A stretch of 35,945 bases of DNA from Phoronis australis (lineage: Eukaryota > Animalia > Phoronida), in NCBI GenBank assembly GCA_002633005.1, contig NMRA01000280.1, positions 525,588 through 561,532 of the forward strand, in the 5' to 3' direction. This document shows positions 1 to 10,353 of the stretch, in pieces. The notes below the pieces were generated by a model. That model saw nothing but the letters and a program-made list of their open reading frames with translations, was not told the DNA's origin and searched no databases. Made by a program: the position numbers and the translations under genes. The first letter of the stretch is position 1. The number at the start of each line of letters is the position of its first letter.

Positions 1-48
1 GGCGGGAATCCTAAACCCCCCCTTGGTGAAAACGTAGATCCGCCACTG
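1..48. mobile_element. Right end of a hAT-like MITE (TIR ...CGTAGATCCGCCACTG), cut by the window edge
   Basis: 33-48 is the exact reverse complement of CAGTGGCGGATCTACG at 33928-33943. Related termini end at 2852, 4584 and 33250. Confidence 0.6.
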
Positions 49-482
49 CGAAGATGCTGTGACGGTTGCGCAAAGAACGGGACACAAATTAGGATGTAAC
101 GTGGTCCACAAGGAGAACATTCTCGCATTATTTCCTGCCAATTTTTCAAATCAGCCATGCTTAAATGAGTGATTACACCTCATTGCATACTCAGATGGAA
201 ATATGAAGTTTAGTCGGCGAATGACCAAACAAAATGGTTGTATTTTAGCATGTTACTTAAGTTGCTAACATCGCTAGAAATGGGAACATCCCACTATTTC
301 GAAGGTTTACTACTCGAAAGGTTCACTACTTCGACGAATCACCACTCCGAAGATTCGCCGCTCCAAAAATATTTAAACTTTCAAACTCAGATGGGATTTT
401 TAATTTTTTGGACTAGCAAAAATAAACGATATTTCGGTTTTAGATGCACCTGTACAGCGTAAATTGGGTCTATAAATATATC

Positions 483-1361
483 CCTGCGTTACCGGCTTTC
501 GATGCAATAAAGCTAATTAACCGGGCACCGAGGCCGTGTGAGAGCATGCTAATTCAAAGTTTGCTGACAAAAAGATGGCGTAAAACAATAACTCGATTTT
601 ATATTCTATGGTCAGATGTTAGGGTAGTCTTTATTTAGATATACATATACATATACATTATTCGAATAATTGATACTGTACAACTTTTGCCCTGACGGCT
701 CTGTGAAAGGGAACCTTAGTAAGTAGATTTGCAGTTTCGCGGCTAATTCACCAAAGTAATCACGTGCACATTATTTCCTTGGCTCACTAGTATAGTTTAG
801 TTTCCAACTTTGGCTGGTTTTTTCATGAGGCCTTAAGTCCGACTGCAACGGCCCTGATCGCCGCTCCGAGCCACTGGCCGGGATAACAAGCGTCTTGTTT
901 GTTTAGAACTGCAAGTCTAAAACTACAACACACAGCTATATTCTTCTGTCTGTAATTCACCGAAGAATAATTCGAAATAATCACAGACCAGACCCCAAAT
1001 TCCCGCGACCGACCTTGGTAAATTGGCCTACTGAACTTTGTAGGCTACGGTAGCCTACGTTCAAATACCTACAAATTTGTAACATCGAAATAAAACAACA
1101 AGTTTGTTCAACAACTCGATGTGTTTGTAAGGCTTTTACATCGAATTTTGATGATTTATTGTTGTAAAACGACGAATTTGAGCGATAACCTGACACTAGA
1201 AGCGTGTTGTGAACTGCTGAACAGACTGCGTTCGAACCAGTGACGTCAACACCTCCGTTGCCGTCAGGTGTCAGGTGAAAGAACTGAGCTTGCTGTTATC
1301 AGATGGAACTACTCGATCTAAATTGATACAAAGTAGGTTGTTTTCCGGGTGGCATTCTCCT
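483..1361 (+). mobile_element. Kolobok-like family A, right-hand part (left end not seen)
   Basis: Colinear similarity to about 12060-12989 and 26168-26451. Ends in GGGTGGCATTCTCCT followed by TTAA (1362-1365). Confidence 0.75.
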
Positions 1362-1774
1362 TTAAAGTTGATTTCCTTGATGTAGTGCAGATATTTGGTC
1401 TTTTTAATTTCAGTAGTGTTGTCTGATCACTAACGACCCTCAAACTCAATGCAGAAGTTAAACCTGACTTGTAAATGAACCCTTTCGTAGTCCATCTTAG
1501 CAAAACAAAGATCACACTGACATAAATAGGAAAATTTTGTCATAGCAATCATGTCTTTGTCACAGATGACATTGCGACAATATCCTTATGACTGAGCATA
1601 TCGAAAATTAATTCAACAAACTAATTTTTAAACCTAATTTTTACATTGATTTCATTTTTAAGTCACACAATTAGTTTAAGTCGCGTTTTTGAAAAATGAT
1701 AGAAATTCAAAAGGTAACGTTTTGCACAATGTACTGACCGCCCTTTGAAAATTCGGAGCCCTAAGCCATAACAA

Positions 1775-2107
1775 CTATTTTCTTTCAAAACTGGACTTCG
1801 TAGGCTCATCAGGAATACATTCGTAATTTATCTTCAAAAACTTGTACACATTTCCGCAGCTGTTGTCATCAAAGAAGATATTAGATGCGACCACTTCACA
1901 CGCTTGTTCATTCTTACACTGTCCTTCTACTTTACTCAAGGCATTTTCAGCGTTGGCTTCACAAAGTCTATCTTTAGTCTGTCCAGGAGGCACATTAGGG
2001 CACGTGACATAGTCATCGCGACCCCAGAATACACTTTTTACTTTGATAAGCTCGTATTGCTGACATTCTATCCAACCTTTGTTGCCTTCACATATGGCGT
2101 TATTAGT
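1775..2107 (-). CDS. Exon 2 of a secreted SUEL/rhamnose-galactose-binding lectin, nematogalectin-related type
   Basis: Acceptor ctctttcag|ACT, phase 0. Translation TNNAICEGNKGWIEC...FWGRDDYVTCP...LCE...QCKNEQACEVVASNIFFDDNSCGNVYKFLKINYEC has the 8-Cys SUEL pattern. The FWGRDD and EQACEVVASNIFFDDNSCGNVYK wording matches my recollection of cnidarian nematogalectin-related proteins. Confidence 0.9.
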   Translation of the reverse strand, partial: TNNAICEGNKGWIECQQYELIKVKSVFWGRDDYVTCPNVPPGQTKDRLCEANAENALSKVEGQCKNEQACEVVASNIFFDDNSCGNVYKFLKINYECIPDEPTKSSFERK

Positions 2108-2353
2108 CTGAAAGAGATGTTTTTGCAAGAAACGTGAATACACTCTAAGTTCTCGACCGTGTTGTAAAAAATTCAGATTACTTATCCTCTGGGTAAGTTT
2201 CATTATTACACACCAAAAGCATTGGTCAACAATGACAACACACTGGTATGCGCTTGTGCAGGGACGTCAGTGATATTCAGTGTATAAATGTTATGCAACG
2301 AAACTCTGGAATTTGTTGTGTCTTCTCAATACCTTGTGGCTATCTATTTGGAN

Positions 2354-2852
2354 GGTCTTTTGGGCATTTGAAGACTATTTTAAATACGACAAATTTGTTA
2401 AGAATTGATGGCACAGCAAAATATAAGACGTGTAATAAGCATTACAAAAAGAAGTAGGTTTCGCGCGCAAACGCTGTGGACCATAAACAAGTAGGTCTTT
2501 TATTATACATTAGTAGTGAAGTCGTGGTGGTGTAGTGGTAGCGCACACGCGCTCTATCCGCCAGGTCGTGAGTGCGAATCTTAGGTGCGGTTTGCTATTT
2601 GACTCGTTCTCCGTTTTTTGCCTTTTTTCCGTTTTCTTTTTTTGCCCTTTTTCTTGGATAATACTTCAGGAATCAAGGAAAATGCTTCATTTTTAGAGGT
2701 AAAAACAGAAAAATATCCTGGGCGGCAAACCCCCCTCCCGACCTCCCCCCCATTCAGTGCTATGCGCATCTACAATCATGTTTCAGTTTGCGCAAATGCT
2801 TACAGCCGGACAAAATGTTGGCCCCCCTTGTGATATCCTAGATCCGCCACTG
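2354..2852 (+). mobile_element. Partial copy of the 950-bp hAT-like MITE at 32301-33250, left part lost at N 2353
   Basis: Colinear with about 32823-33250. Ends in CTAGATCCGCCACTG. Lies in the lectin intron. Confidence 0.75.
2521..2586 (+). repeat. tRNA-derived Pol III promoter-like segment inside the MITE
   Basis: A-box-like TGGTGTAGTGG and B-box-like GAGTGCGAATC (GAGTTCGAGTC in the copy near 33022), followed by T tracts. No complete cloverleaf. Confidence 0.5.
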
Positions 2853-3109
2853 TTTTTACATAGAATTTCATAATGATTTCAATTACATGTTTTGACTTCT
2901 CGTTAATACAACTTGTAGGTCAATTTGCATTACTTTTTTAAGATAGTTTTAATCTCGTAGCTGTTTTGCACGACACCACGCGTGGTTTCCTTTTCTACAT
3001 TCATTTCTCTCCCCTCTCCCCATACTGATATGTTTTTTTCTGCTCTTTCTTTGTAATTTTATGTACGATCATATACATATTACATGTGTGCATATTACCG
3101 TCATTTATG

Positions 3110-4260
3110 TCTGGGAGTCCTTTAAAGGGTCTTTGATAATGTATCTTTTAAACCGTTTGCAGAATTCTCATGAAAATTTATAGACGTGTTTCTGCAAAAT
3201 GGTGACAGAAGCGGCAATTGCTTTCTGATGGATCCGACAACTGATGTGCCTACAAGTGGCATTTTTTTACATTCATCGCCATAACTGCTCAGTTCTGTGA
3301 CGTAATTACCCCTTTTATTAAGACGACAATGACATTTTCCCAATTTCGAATGGGTTTGGCACAGTCTGAGCACCCTATTGGCAATTTTCATATTTTTTGA
3401 GTTTTTGGTGCCTTGGCCAATCTGCTGTTAGGATCACTATAAAATTTAGACAGATACAGTATTGAAGAGAGCACGGCTGACATTGATTTTCAGACCAGTT
3501 GGAATACTGTGATGCCTCCTAGTGGCAATTTTGACTTGTTGTCTTTGCCTCAATATCTATCAAGACGTTCATTAATGGATGAACACGAAATTTTGTTTAT
3601 CTATTCCCACTGAATAGAGCATGGCTGGCACTGACTGGGATAAGTCTGACAGCTACAGCATACCCTGGTGATAATTTTAGTTTCAATACCTATGCCTCAC
3701 GATCTTCCAAGTTTCTTGACGGATTTTAATTAAATTTGGCTTATAGGTATCTTTTAAGGAGACAATGACAATATCCCTTTTTAGATGGCTTTGGCTTATT
3801 TTGGATGACCGAGTTGCCATTTTTATTGTTTTTTTTTTTTGGCGTCTGCATATCTACCTGTCAAACCACTCATAGAGTCGCCATGAAAATTGGAGTGTGC
3901 TCCTACTGGGAAGAGAACCACAATTCTGTTTTTGCCTGTGGCTCAATGTTTATTAAATTCCTTTATGGATTTCTATGAACTTTGGTATGCGTTTGTATAA
4001 CATGTATGTGTTTCTATTGAGGAGACAACAACTGACATGGATTTTGGGACAAATCCGTCGACTGTAGAGTCCCCCTATATAGTGGGAATTTCGCTTTTCT
4101 TTGCTTTTGCCTTGATATCTACCAAATTTAATGGGTGTTCATGAAATTTGAACAATAGCGTATTGCCATAAAAGTGACAGCACCTATCACATTTGAGATG
4201 AATACTGCGCCCCCTTGAGGCCTTTTTTATTAATTTTGTGTCTATTCTCTCTATCCTTCA
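3110..4260. repeat. Old degenerate subrepeat array, roughly 130-145 bp period, possibly a Helentron/HINE-type interior
   Basis: Recurring ATGAAA(A)TTTG-like and CC..TAGTGGC-like motifs near 3250, 3517, 3662, 4071 and 4210. Judged by eye only. Confidence 0.35.
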
Positions 4261-4271
4261 ATGAATGATCT

Positions 4272-4584
4272 CAGAGGCGGATCCAGGATTTTGAGTTAGG
4301 GGGGGCAGGGCACACTAATAAGCAGCATTTCGGCAGATGCGCGCGCCCAGCCTAAAATCTGGGGATGCAGGGGTCTCGAATTCTTAGGTTTGCGGGCATG
4401 CTGACTAAAAAAAAAACGGTAAACGGGTTTATTCAGGGCCTATGCGTTGTTTATTCACCCACCAAGCCCCCTGGTTGCGCGCATGTGCTAGTCAGCAAAA
4501 GGCACCCGAACTCACAAATGGGATCTGGTAGAATTTTAGGGGGGCCATGGCCCCCTTGGGCCCCCCCCCCTAAATCCGCCACTG
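4272..4584. mobile_element. hAT-like MITE, 313 bp
   Basis: TIRs CAGAGGCGGATCCA and TAAATCCGCCACTG with G/C tracts inside. Flanks GATCT/AGTCT match only imperfectly. Confidence 0.7.
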
Positions 4585-4737
4585 AGTCTGGCAGATATGT
4601 TCCTGTTGACAATACGTTGTTGACTGGCTTTTTACCTCCGAGATGCTGTTTTGAAGCTACAATTCGCACTTTTTAAATCAATGCTGAAAACGAAAATCGA
4701 ATTGGAAATTTTAGTTTCATAAATTGATCTCTTTATA

Positions 4738-4883
4738 CATGGGCGGCGCACCATAGGGGGCTGGGAGGCTATAGCCCCCACTTTTTCAGTGGCGGGTACG
4801 ACGCACATGGTCTATAGGGGGTGCACCACAAGGGGGCTGAGAGGGCTTTTGCCCTCACTTTTTTCAGTGCTGCGTCGCCCATG
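4738..4883. mobile_element. 146-bp MITE with 5-bp TSD
   Basis: TIRs CATGGGCGGCGCA and TGCGTCGCCCATG. TTATA at 4733-4737 and 4884-4888. Internal direct duplication of about 45 bp. Confidence 0.8.
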
Positions 4884-5219
4884 TTATACCCCTTACTATT
4901 TCTGTAACCAACTTTAATCAGGCATATAATGACCTAGTTTTCTTGAGTCTGCACTGTATGCAATGCATATGATGGGCGCATGTCAACGCTCCTTGTTACT
5001 TTCTTACAAGAATCAAATGGTCAAAATTCAAGCATTCCCAAAACTGGAAATTTATGTTGGAATATGTCAACACCATTTTTACGGCGTCTGCCGGAGTTGT
5101 TTCACTTGTTTGTTGTTTTTTGCCTGTGAAAGTTGTGGATATGTTCTATGCACCCCTTGACATATCTTTATCTGGGTTGACTCTTAATTTAGCTTTTTGT
5201 TCTAAATCAATGTACTCAC

Positions 5220-5303
5220 CGACGGTGTGGGAGGCGGGGGAGGCGGTTGTGCCGAAGTGCAGACAATGACAGTAAAAACCCAGAGAACCACCTTCAGCAC
5301 CAT
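5220..5303 (-). CDS. Exon 1 of the SUEL lectin: signal peptide plus polyproline (MVLKVVLWVFTVIVCTSAQPPPPPPTPS)
   Basis: ACCATGG start context, hydrophobic core, likely TSA|Q cleavage site. Consensus donor TCG|GTGAGT is phase 0, matching the acceptor at 2107. Not in the ORF track. Confidence 0.75.
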
Positions 5304-5349
5304 GGTAAATGTACAATCTGCTGGTTTCATGCAAGACAGAGACTCAACA

Positions 5350-5357
5350 TTTATATA
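5350..5357 (-). promoter_or_regulatory. Putative TATA box of the SUEL lectin gene
   Basis: CCC-TATATAAA on the minus strand, about 47 nt upstream of the ATG. Confidence 0.5.
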
Positions 5358-5920
5358 GGGGCTATTATTGTGAAATCTAAATTACAGGATGCCTAACAAG
5401 TGTACTCACACTTCAACTAACTATATATGCGTTTGTTTTAACAACAAGATTATTGGTTGGATTCATAAAGGGATGATAAAAAGAGGAATTAAGCCTCTAA
5501 ACCAACATACATTTTGGTGAATATTTGTGAATTGTTTTTTACTTCCGTGGGTTTTGTTTTCCAAAACTGTTTTTTACCATTCCTATCCGTACAGAATACG
5601 TGAAGGCTCTCGCACCTATACTTCACAGTATGGTGTAACCGCACAGCAGGCCCGAACCCAGAGTCTGATGCACGGAAGAAATGAATCCTGCGATGCGCTG
5701 AATTGTGAGGAAATTTTCGGGACACCCTGGATTGTGACATACATACTGAGTACTATAGCACAGATTTATGAGGATTAATTGCATGTTGTACGCCATCAAG
5801 TTTATGTGATGTAGGTCACGTGCGACCAGCACTGTTGCAGTGATAAATCCTTTCATGTATTCAGCTTTGTTTAATATGTTAACAACATGCATGCAAATTA
5901 AAAAATACTCATTGAATGAA

Positions 5921-5981
5921 ATTTTAGGAGAAATCGGAAATAATCCCAGGNATTTTAGGAGAAATCGGAAATAATCTCAGG
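5921..5981. other. 30-bp duplication across N 5951, probable assembly overlap
   Basis: ATTTTAGGAGAAATCGGAAATAATC(C/T)CAGG on both sides of the N. Confidence 0.75.
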
Positions 5982-6090
5982 ACCAGTCAGATTCTGAGAG
6001 TAATCAGAAGCTGTTCATGTTTGCAAAACCATGAAAAACATTAGTTCCGTCGACATGATGTGAACCGTGTCAGAAGTTGACTGTGGGTTT

Positions 6091-6244
6091 GATTAAAAGG
6101 TAGCTATGCTTTGAGATTGCGCGTAGATGGAGAGAGAACGATTAAAAGGTAGCTATGCTTTGAGATTGCGCGTAGATGGAGAGAGAACGATTAAAAGGTA
6201 GCTATGCTTTGAGATTGCGCGTAGATGGAGAGAGAAAGATTAAA
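6091..6244. repeat. Minisatellite, 49 bp x about 3.1
   Basis: Near-identical units GATTAAAAGGTAGCTATGCTTTGAGATTGCGCGTAGATGGAGAGAGAAC at 6091, 6140 and 6189, with no spacers. Confidence 0.95.
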
Positions 6245-6467
6245 TCCAGTATTATGCTTTATATGACAACCACTACTTAAACCAAGTGATACCGATTGTT
6301 AATTAAGTAATTTAACAATAAAGAACAGTAACTAGGCTAGCGCCCTCAATTAACTTTAAATAATCAAAAGTCTTATTTCCTATCCAAGCTGTAGGACTCG
6401 ACACTTGTTGGATGACAGTCCAGTTGGTGAATCTTTAGGCCTACACACTGTACTGCGACAGCGTACT

Positions 6468-6655
6468 TGCTGGTCACAGTCCTTCGGGACACAACACTTG
6501 CAAGGAGTATCTTCTACCAACGATTCCTCTTGCTGGTCACAGTCTCTTGTGACGCAACACTTGCAGCCAGTATCTTCTACGCACGATTTTTATTGCTGAC
6601 CACAGTCTCTAGTGACACAACACATGTAGGCTGTATCTTACCACCCAATTTTTGC
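6468..6655. repeat. Diverged 63-bp tandem repeat x3
   Basis: Units start TGCTG(GT/AC)CACAGTC at 6468, 6531 and 6594. The minus strand reads as a Cys-rich 21-aa repeat. Confidence 0.85.
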
Positions 6656-6770
6656 TTGGGAAATGCCAAATTGGATCAAGGCCTCATTAAACCGATTACG
6701 TAACGATTTGTGCCGTCATTGTCACTTCCTTCCGGTAGGCGGATGATGTCTCTTCCGGTTGCACCCATTA

Positions 6771-6808
6771 CACGTGATCTTTGACCTTTCACCTTTGACC
6801 TATGACCT
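6771..6808. promoter_or_regulatory. E-box plus five nuclear-receptor half-sites in DR1 spacing (putative)
   Basis: CACGTG at 6771. TGATCT, TGACCT, TCACCT, TGACCT and TGACCT at 6775, 6782, 6789, 6796 and 6803. Confidence 0.3.
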
Positions 6809-7769
6809 AGGTGGCTCCCAAACAGGTCGCTTAAACAATCTACTATACCGCTACTCTGAAAATAGAATCTTCGGAATAACGGTCCTTCGGTGTTATTGAT
6901 TTAAAAAAAAACATCCAGGTGATAACAATTGCGTTTTCATCAATGGTGTTAAGAGTATATTAGTGATTCGGAAAAGAATACAATGCCAATTAAAAACACA
7001 TACACGATTCAGAACTACGACAAAGGTTTCAAAGGATTAGTTTGTCATGGTGCGATTAGTTGACATTGTTGACTTACTCATTTCGAGAGAGCCGATTTCA
7101 ATTTTCTTGATGGATAATTTACAAAAACGTATCGCTTTCTTCACCGTCTTATAGCAGTGGTGAGAATTTATTTTACCGTGTTTGATAACAAGTTTACATA
7201 TGTTGCTTCGGTTTTGATTCCTTTATAAGTTCCCATTCTATTTTAGGCTTCGTTTTTAGTGTACATTTTGAAGAGGTAAGATATATGCATGCGAAATAAT
7301 CACATACCCAGTTGCAAAATACGAACTGGGATGGTGTGTCGGGAGGCGCAAATCAAAGCATAATAAAATTCGACACTTTTTTAACAGCTGTAAAAGTGTG
7401 GTTGCAAACTGTACAGTCGAATGACACCAGACGATTACAAGTAAACACATACAACTGCTTGGAGTGCATGACAATCTTTAGGCACGAGGGTACAACTAAT
7501 GTTGTTAAAGATCGAAGTAAGCCGATATATGCTACCGCACTGAGCCATCGACACTACAAACACTAAAACGTTAAGAAACAATGTAACTGCTTGGTCAATA
7601 GTCAGATACATTGTGCCTACTATTTTGAGAACCAACTCTATCCCATGAACAACGGGCATTAAAAATGAAGACACGTTATAACGGAATACTCGGAGATAAT
7701 CTGTCCTAGATGCCGTTCATTGAAGTGTCTTTGTATTGTAAATTTCATGTAGATATATATTAAAGGCGA

Positions 7770-8518
7770 ATAAATACACAAAACGTACCGAAAGTGGCGT
7801 ACATGAAGTAATATCCCACGAGACATTATTCCGCATATCGACCGAGACCGAAGGTCGAGGTCTACAATGTATAAGAGGAATAATGTCGGGTGGGACATTA
7901 CTTCATGTACGCCAATCGACGTATACGTTTTGTATTTATCCCATACGCTTCGAATTCCTAAGTTTCTTTCATTTTTTCCGAAGATTTTTTAAACGCTTCA
8001 CTGTGACTGTTCACGTGGCGGATCACATCCTATATGTATGTACTTGCGCGTTAAGTTGGAAGTTTTCTCTAATAAAAGAAACAGTTTTTAATGTAAAGAT
8101 TTGTTACTTGTAAAGAGATGAAAACAACGGTAATTTTTGCATAGAACTTGTAACATCTCCTGAAAATCGCTAAATAACAACGTTTGATATTGGCGAGGAA
8201 TCGGTGTCTGAGTTGCAGACGATATAATATTATACCGGTATAGAAACTGAAAACTGACAAAACTGTCGTGTAATTAACAGTCCTTTCCAGATGTTACGAT
8301 TGAGACCTGGTTGCATGTTCAGTGGTATTTACACTGCTACAATTGTATTACTTTAAGCTATTTTCCGAAAGTTTGATGATCTAACTGGCTAACGACGTTG
8401 ACCTACCTTATGAAATTCAGTGTCAGAGGTCATTGTTGAAGTAGTACGGAAGGTGAATACGGAAAACATTGTTACATGGCCGTATTTCCTTTGACAGATT
8501 CAACGCGTATGGGATAAA
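7770..8518. mobile_element. Non-autonomous hairpin-ended element, Crypton-like
   Basis: Imperfect palindrome 7770-7939 with central GACC-GAA-GGTC mini-hairpin. TTTATCCCATACGC (7935-7948) is exactly inverted at 8505-8518. Confidence 0.6.
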
Positions 8519-9490
8519 AGGGTGTACATATTCAAGGCGAATACAAGTTATCTATAATTACGTGTCATTATTAAGTTAACATCGATCGGCGATCTGTTGG
8601 GATTACTTCTGACGAGAGCGCTTTTCAAATACAGAATCTAGGCTGTTTTTAGCGAGTGCCGTTGCATATTTGTTTGCGTTCTTTCCAAAAATCCTCATGC
8701 CTGAAATACTATGCACCGAATTTGTTGCTTTCAATGTGTGACGCTATTGTACACGGACGTTCCTTTGTACTATGCCCAGTTGGTTACATTTAATTTAACC
8801 GAAATTACAATGACTGACCGTGTGCATTAAGAACGTAAATGGTAAGCGGTATTCCGTAAATTAATAATCTAAATTTGAAGACCTGCTATGTAGTTCTTTA
8901 CGGTTCATTTACGTAGGGCCCTAAACACACGACTCTGGAAACTTTTGATAACACACACTTGATTCCTTTACACAGATACGCTTTCCGTCCCCGCGTGCAC
9001 GTGCAACGTAGGCACTTAATATATGCATCGACTAAACTGGTTAACCTTTTAAAGCGTCAACAGCAGTAGACCTTTTAAACTCTGTATTCGTGTCGGAAGG
9101 CGTAAACGCTTTGAACGCAAAGTTACTGCGCTTTTGTGAACATGCCGAAAAGTTAACGTTACGGTCGTACAGATTAAATCGCAAAAATAGCTGCGTTTTC
9201 AAAGTGAAAACGTACTGAAATGATCGGGACTTGCCCAATCCGAAATCGTCACTATCAAGAATCAAAGATAGAATGTGAAGAAAAGTTTCACGTCTTGTTA
9301 GTCAAAACTGGTTGCGTTGTCCGCAATTCCAAAATGTTCAGTTGCCGGTCGCCTTCAACTTTCGAGTTAGTGGTGTTTCACAACCAAGTGAACTCGTGAA
9401 CCAGTGACACACACATTAAAACTAGGTTAAAGGAGAGTGCCACCCGATTTAATTAGTCATTTTACCGTCTTAATCGGTCTAGATCTACAT

Positions 9491-9992
9491 CATGACGGCG
9501 TTTTCCCGTTCAGTGACTTTACCAGACGTTGAGGGTTGTGAGCGTGTGATAATATCTAGCTCATTTTGTTAACTGCCAAGCACCGTCTTTTGTCTGGTAT
9601 GACAACAGTCAGGCTATCTACCAGGCTTGTTTGAACACAGACAATTGGTACGTTCGGAAAGATTAGATTGTCGTAACATCGGTTGTAGTTGGGCAATTCA
9701 AAAACTAAACATGATCACCATTTGACGAGGATTTCAGAAATGCTGTTGCTTTATAGTCAGATATGTTATAACTTAACTTTTATTTTTGACAGCCCAGTCA
9801 GACTGATACGATCTTATTGGAGTTTAGATAGACCAATTATCGAACAAAAGAGAGCTGGTCCTCCAACCATGAATGCCAGACTGGAGTTAATCAGTCGTGT
9901 AAGATATTGGCTACAGGGGTTATCTTCCCAATTTGTTGTTGGACTAGTATAGAACCGAACAAGGTTGGGAGCAACGGGAAAACGCCGTAATG
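9491..9992 (+). mobile_element. Nested MITE copy 1 (TIR CATKACGGCGTTTTCCCGTT), apparent 1-bp TSD (T)
   Basis: 20-bp TIRs with 1 mismatch. Absent from the paralogous site at about 25551-25570. Confidence 0.85.
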
Positions 9993-10080
9993 TCGCGTCT
10001 TATATGGTCGACCTTACCTTACCGAGAGGTGTCCCGTTAACCAGCGATGTCAGTGGTTCATCTGCAGAGTAAATGCCACT

Positions 10081-10350
10081 ATGTTGCGGTGCATCGTTCC
10101 CGCTTGTACGAACTATGAAGCTGCGATGAAAGCGAGTATATTGTTTTTTCGACTTCCTCGAGAGCCCGAAAAGCTTAGAAAGAAGCTCACGGTAGTAGAG
10201 AATGAAAAGTACGCTGTTAATAGCAAATATGAGGCCGTGAAACATATTCATGTCTGTGACCGGCATTTCGTCGACAGTAATTTATCTGACGAATGCCGGC
10301 TTTCCAAAGAACTATCCATACGTTTCGTTGCCTGTGCATGTTCACGGCGC
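10081..10350 (+). pseudogene. THAP zinc-finger remnant, N-terminus of a Kolobok-type transposase
   Basis: CIVPAC...FFRLP...RKKL...HVCDRHF gives the C2CH pattern. The conserved Trp is missing. The ORF runs into MITE copy 2 and no DDE domain is seen. Confidence 0.8.
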
Positions 10351-10353
10351 TTC

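Noticed and set aside
2108-2203. N-terminal 32 aa of the 142-aa ORF as the true lectin start
   Set aside because: No signal peptide. A good acceptor lies at 2108 and an in-phase signal-peptide exon exists upstream.
4365-4676. Gly/Pro-rich ORFs as the missing collagen exon
   Set aside because: They derive from G/C tracts of a MITE and show no Gly-X-Y periodicity.
6091-6244. CRISPR-like array
   Set aside because: Contiguous units with no spacers, no cas genes, eukaryotic context.
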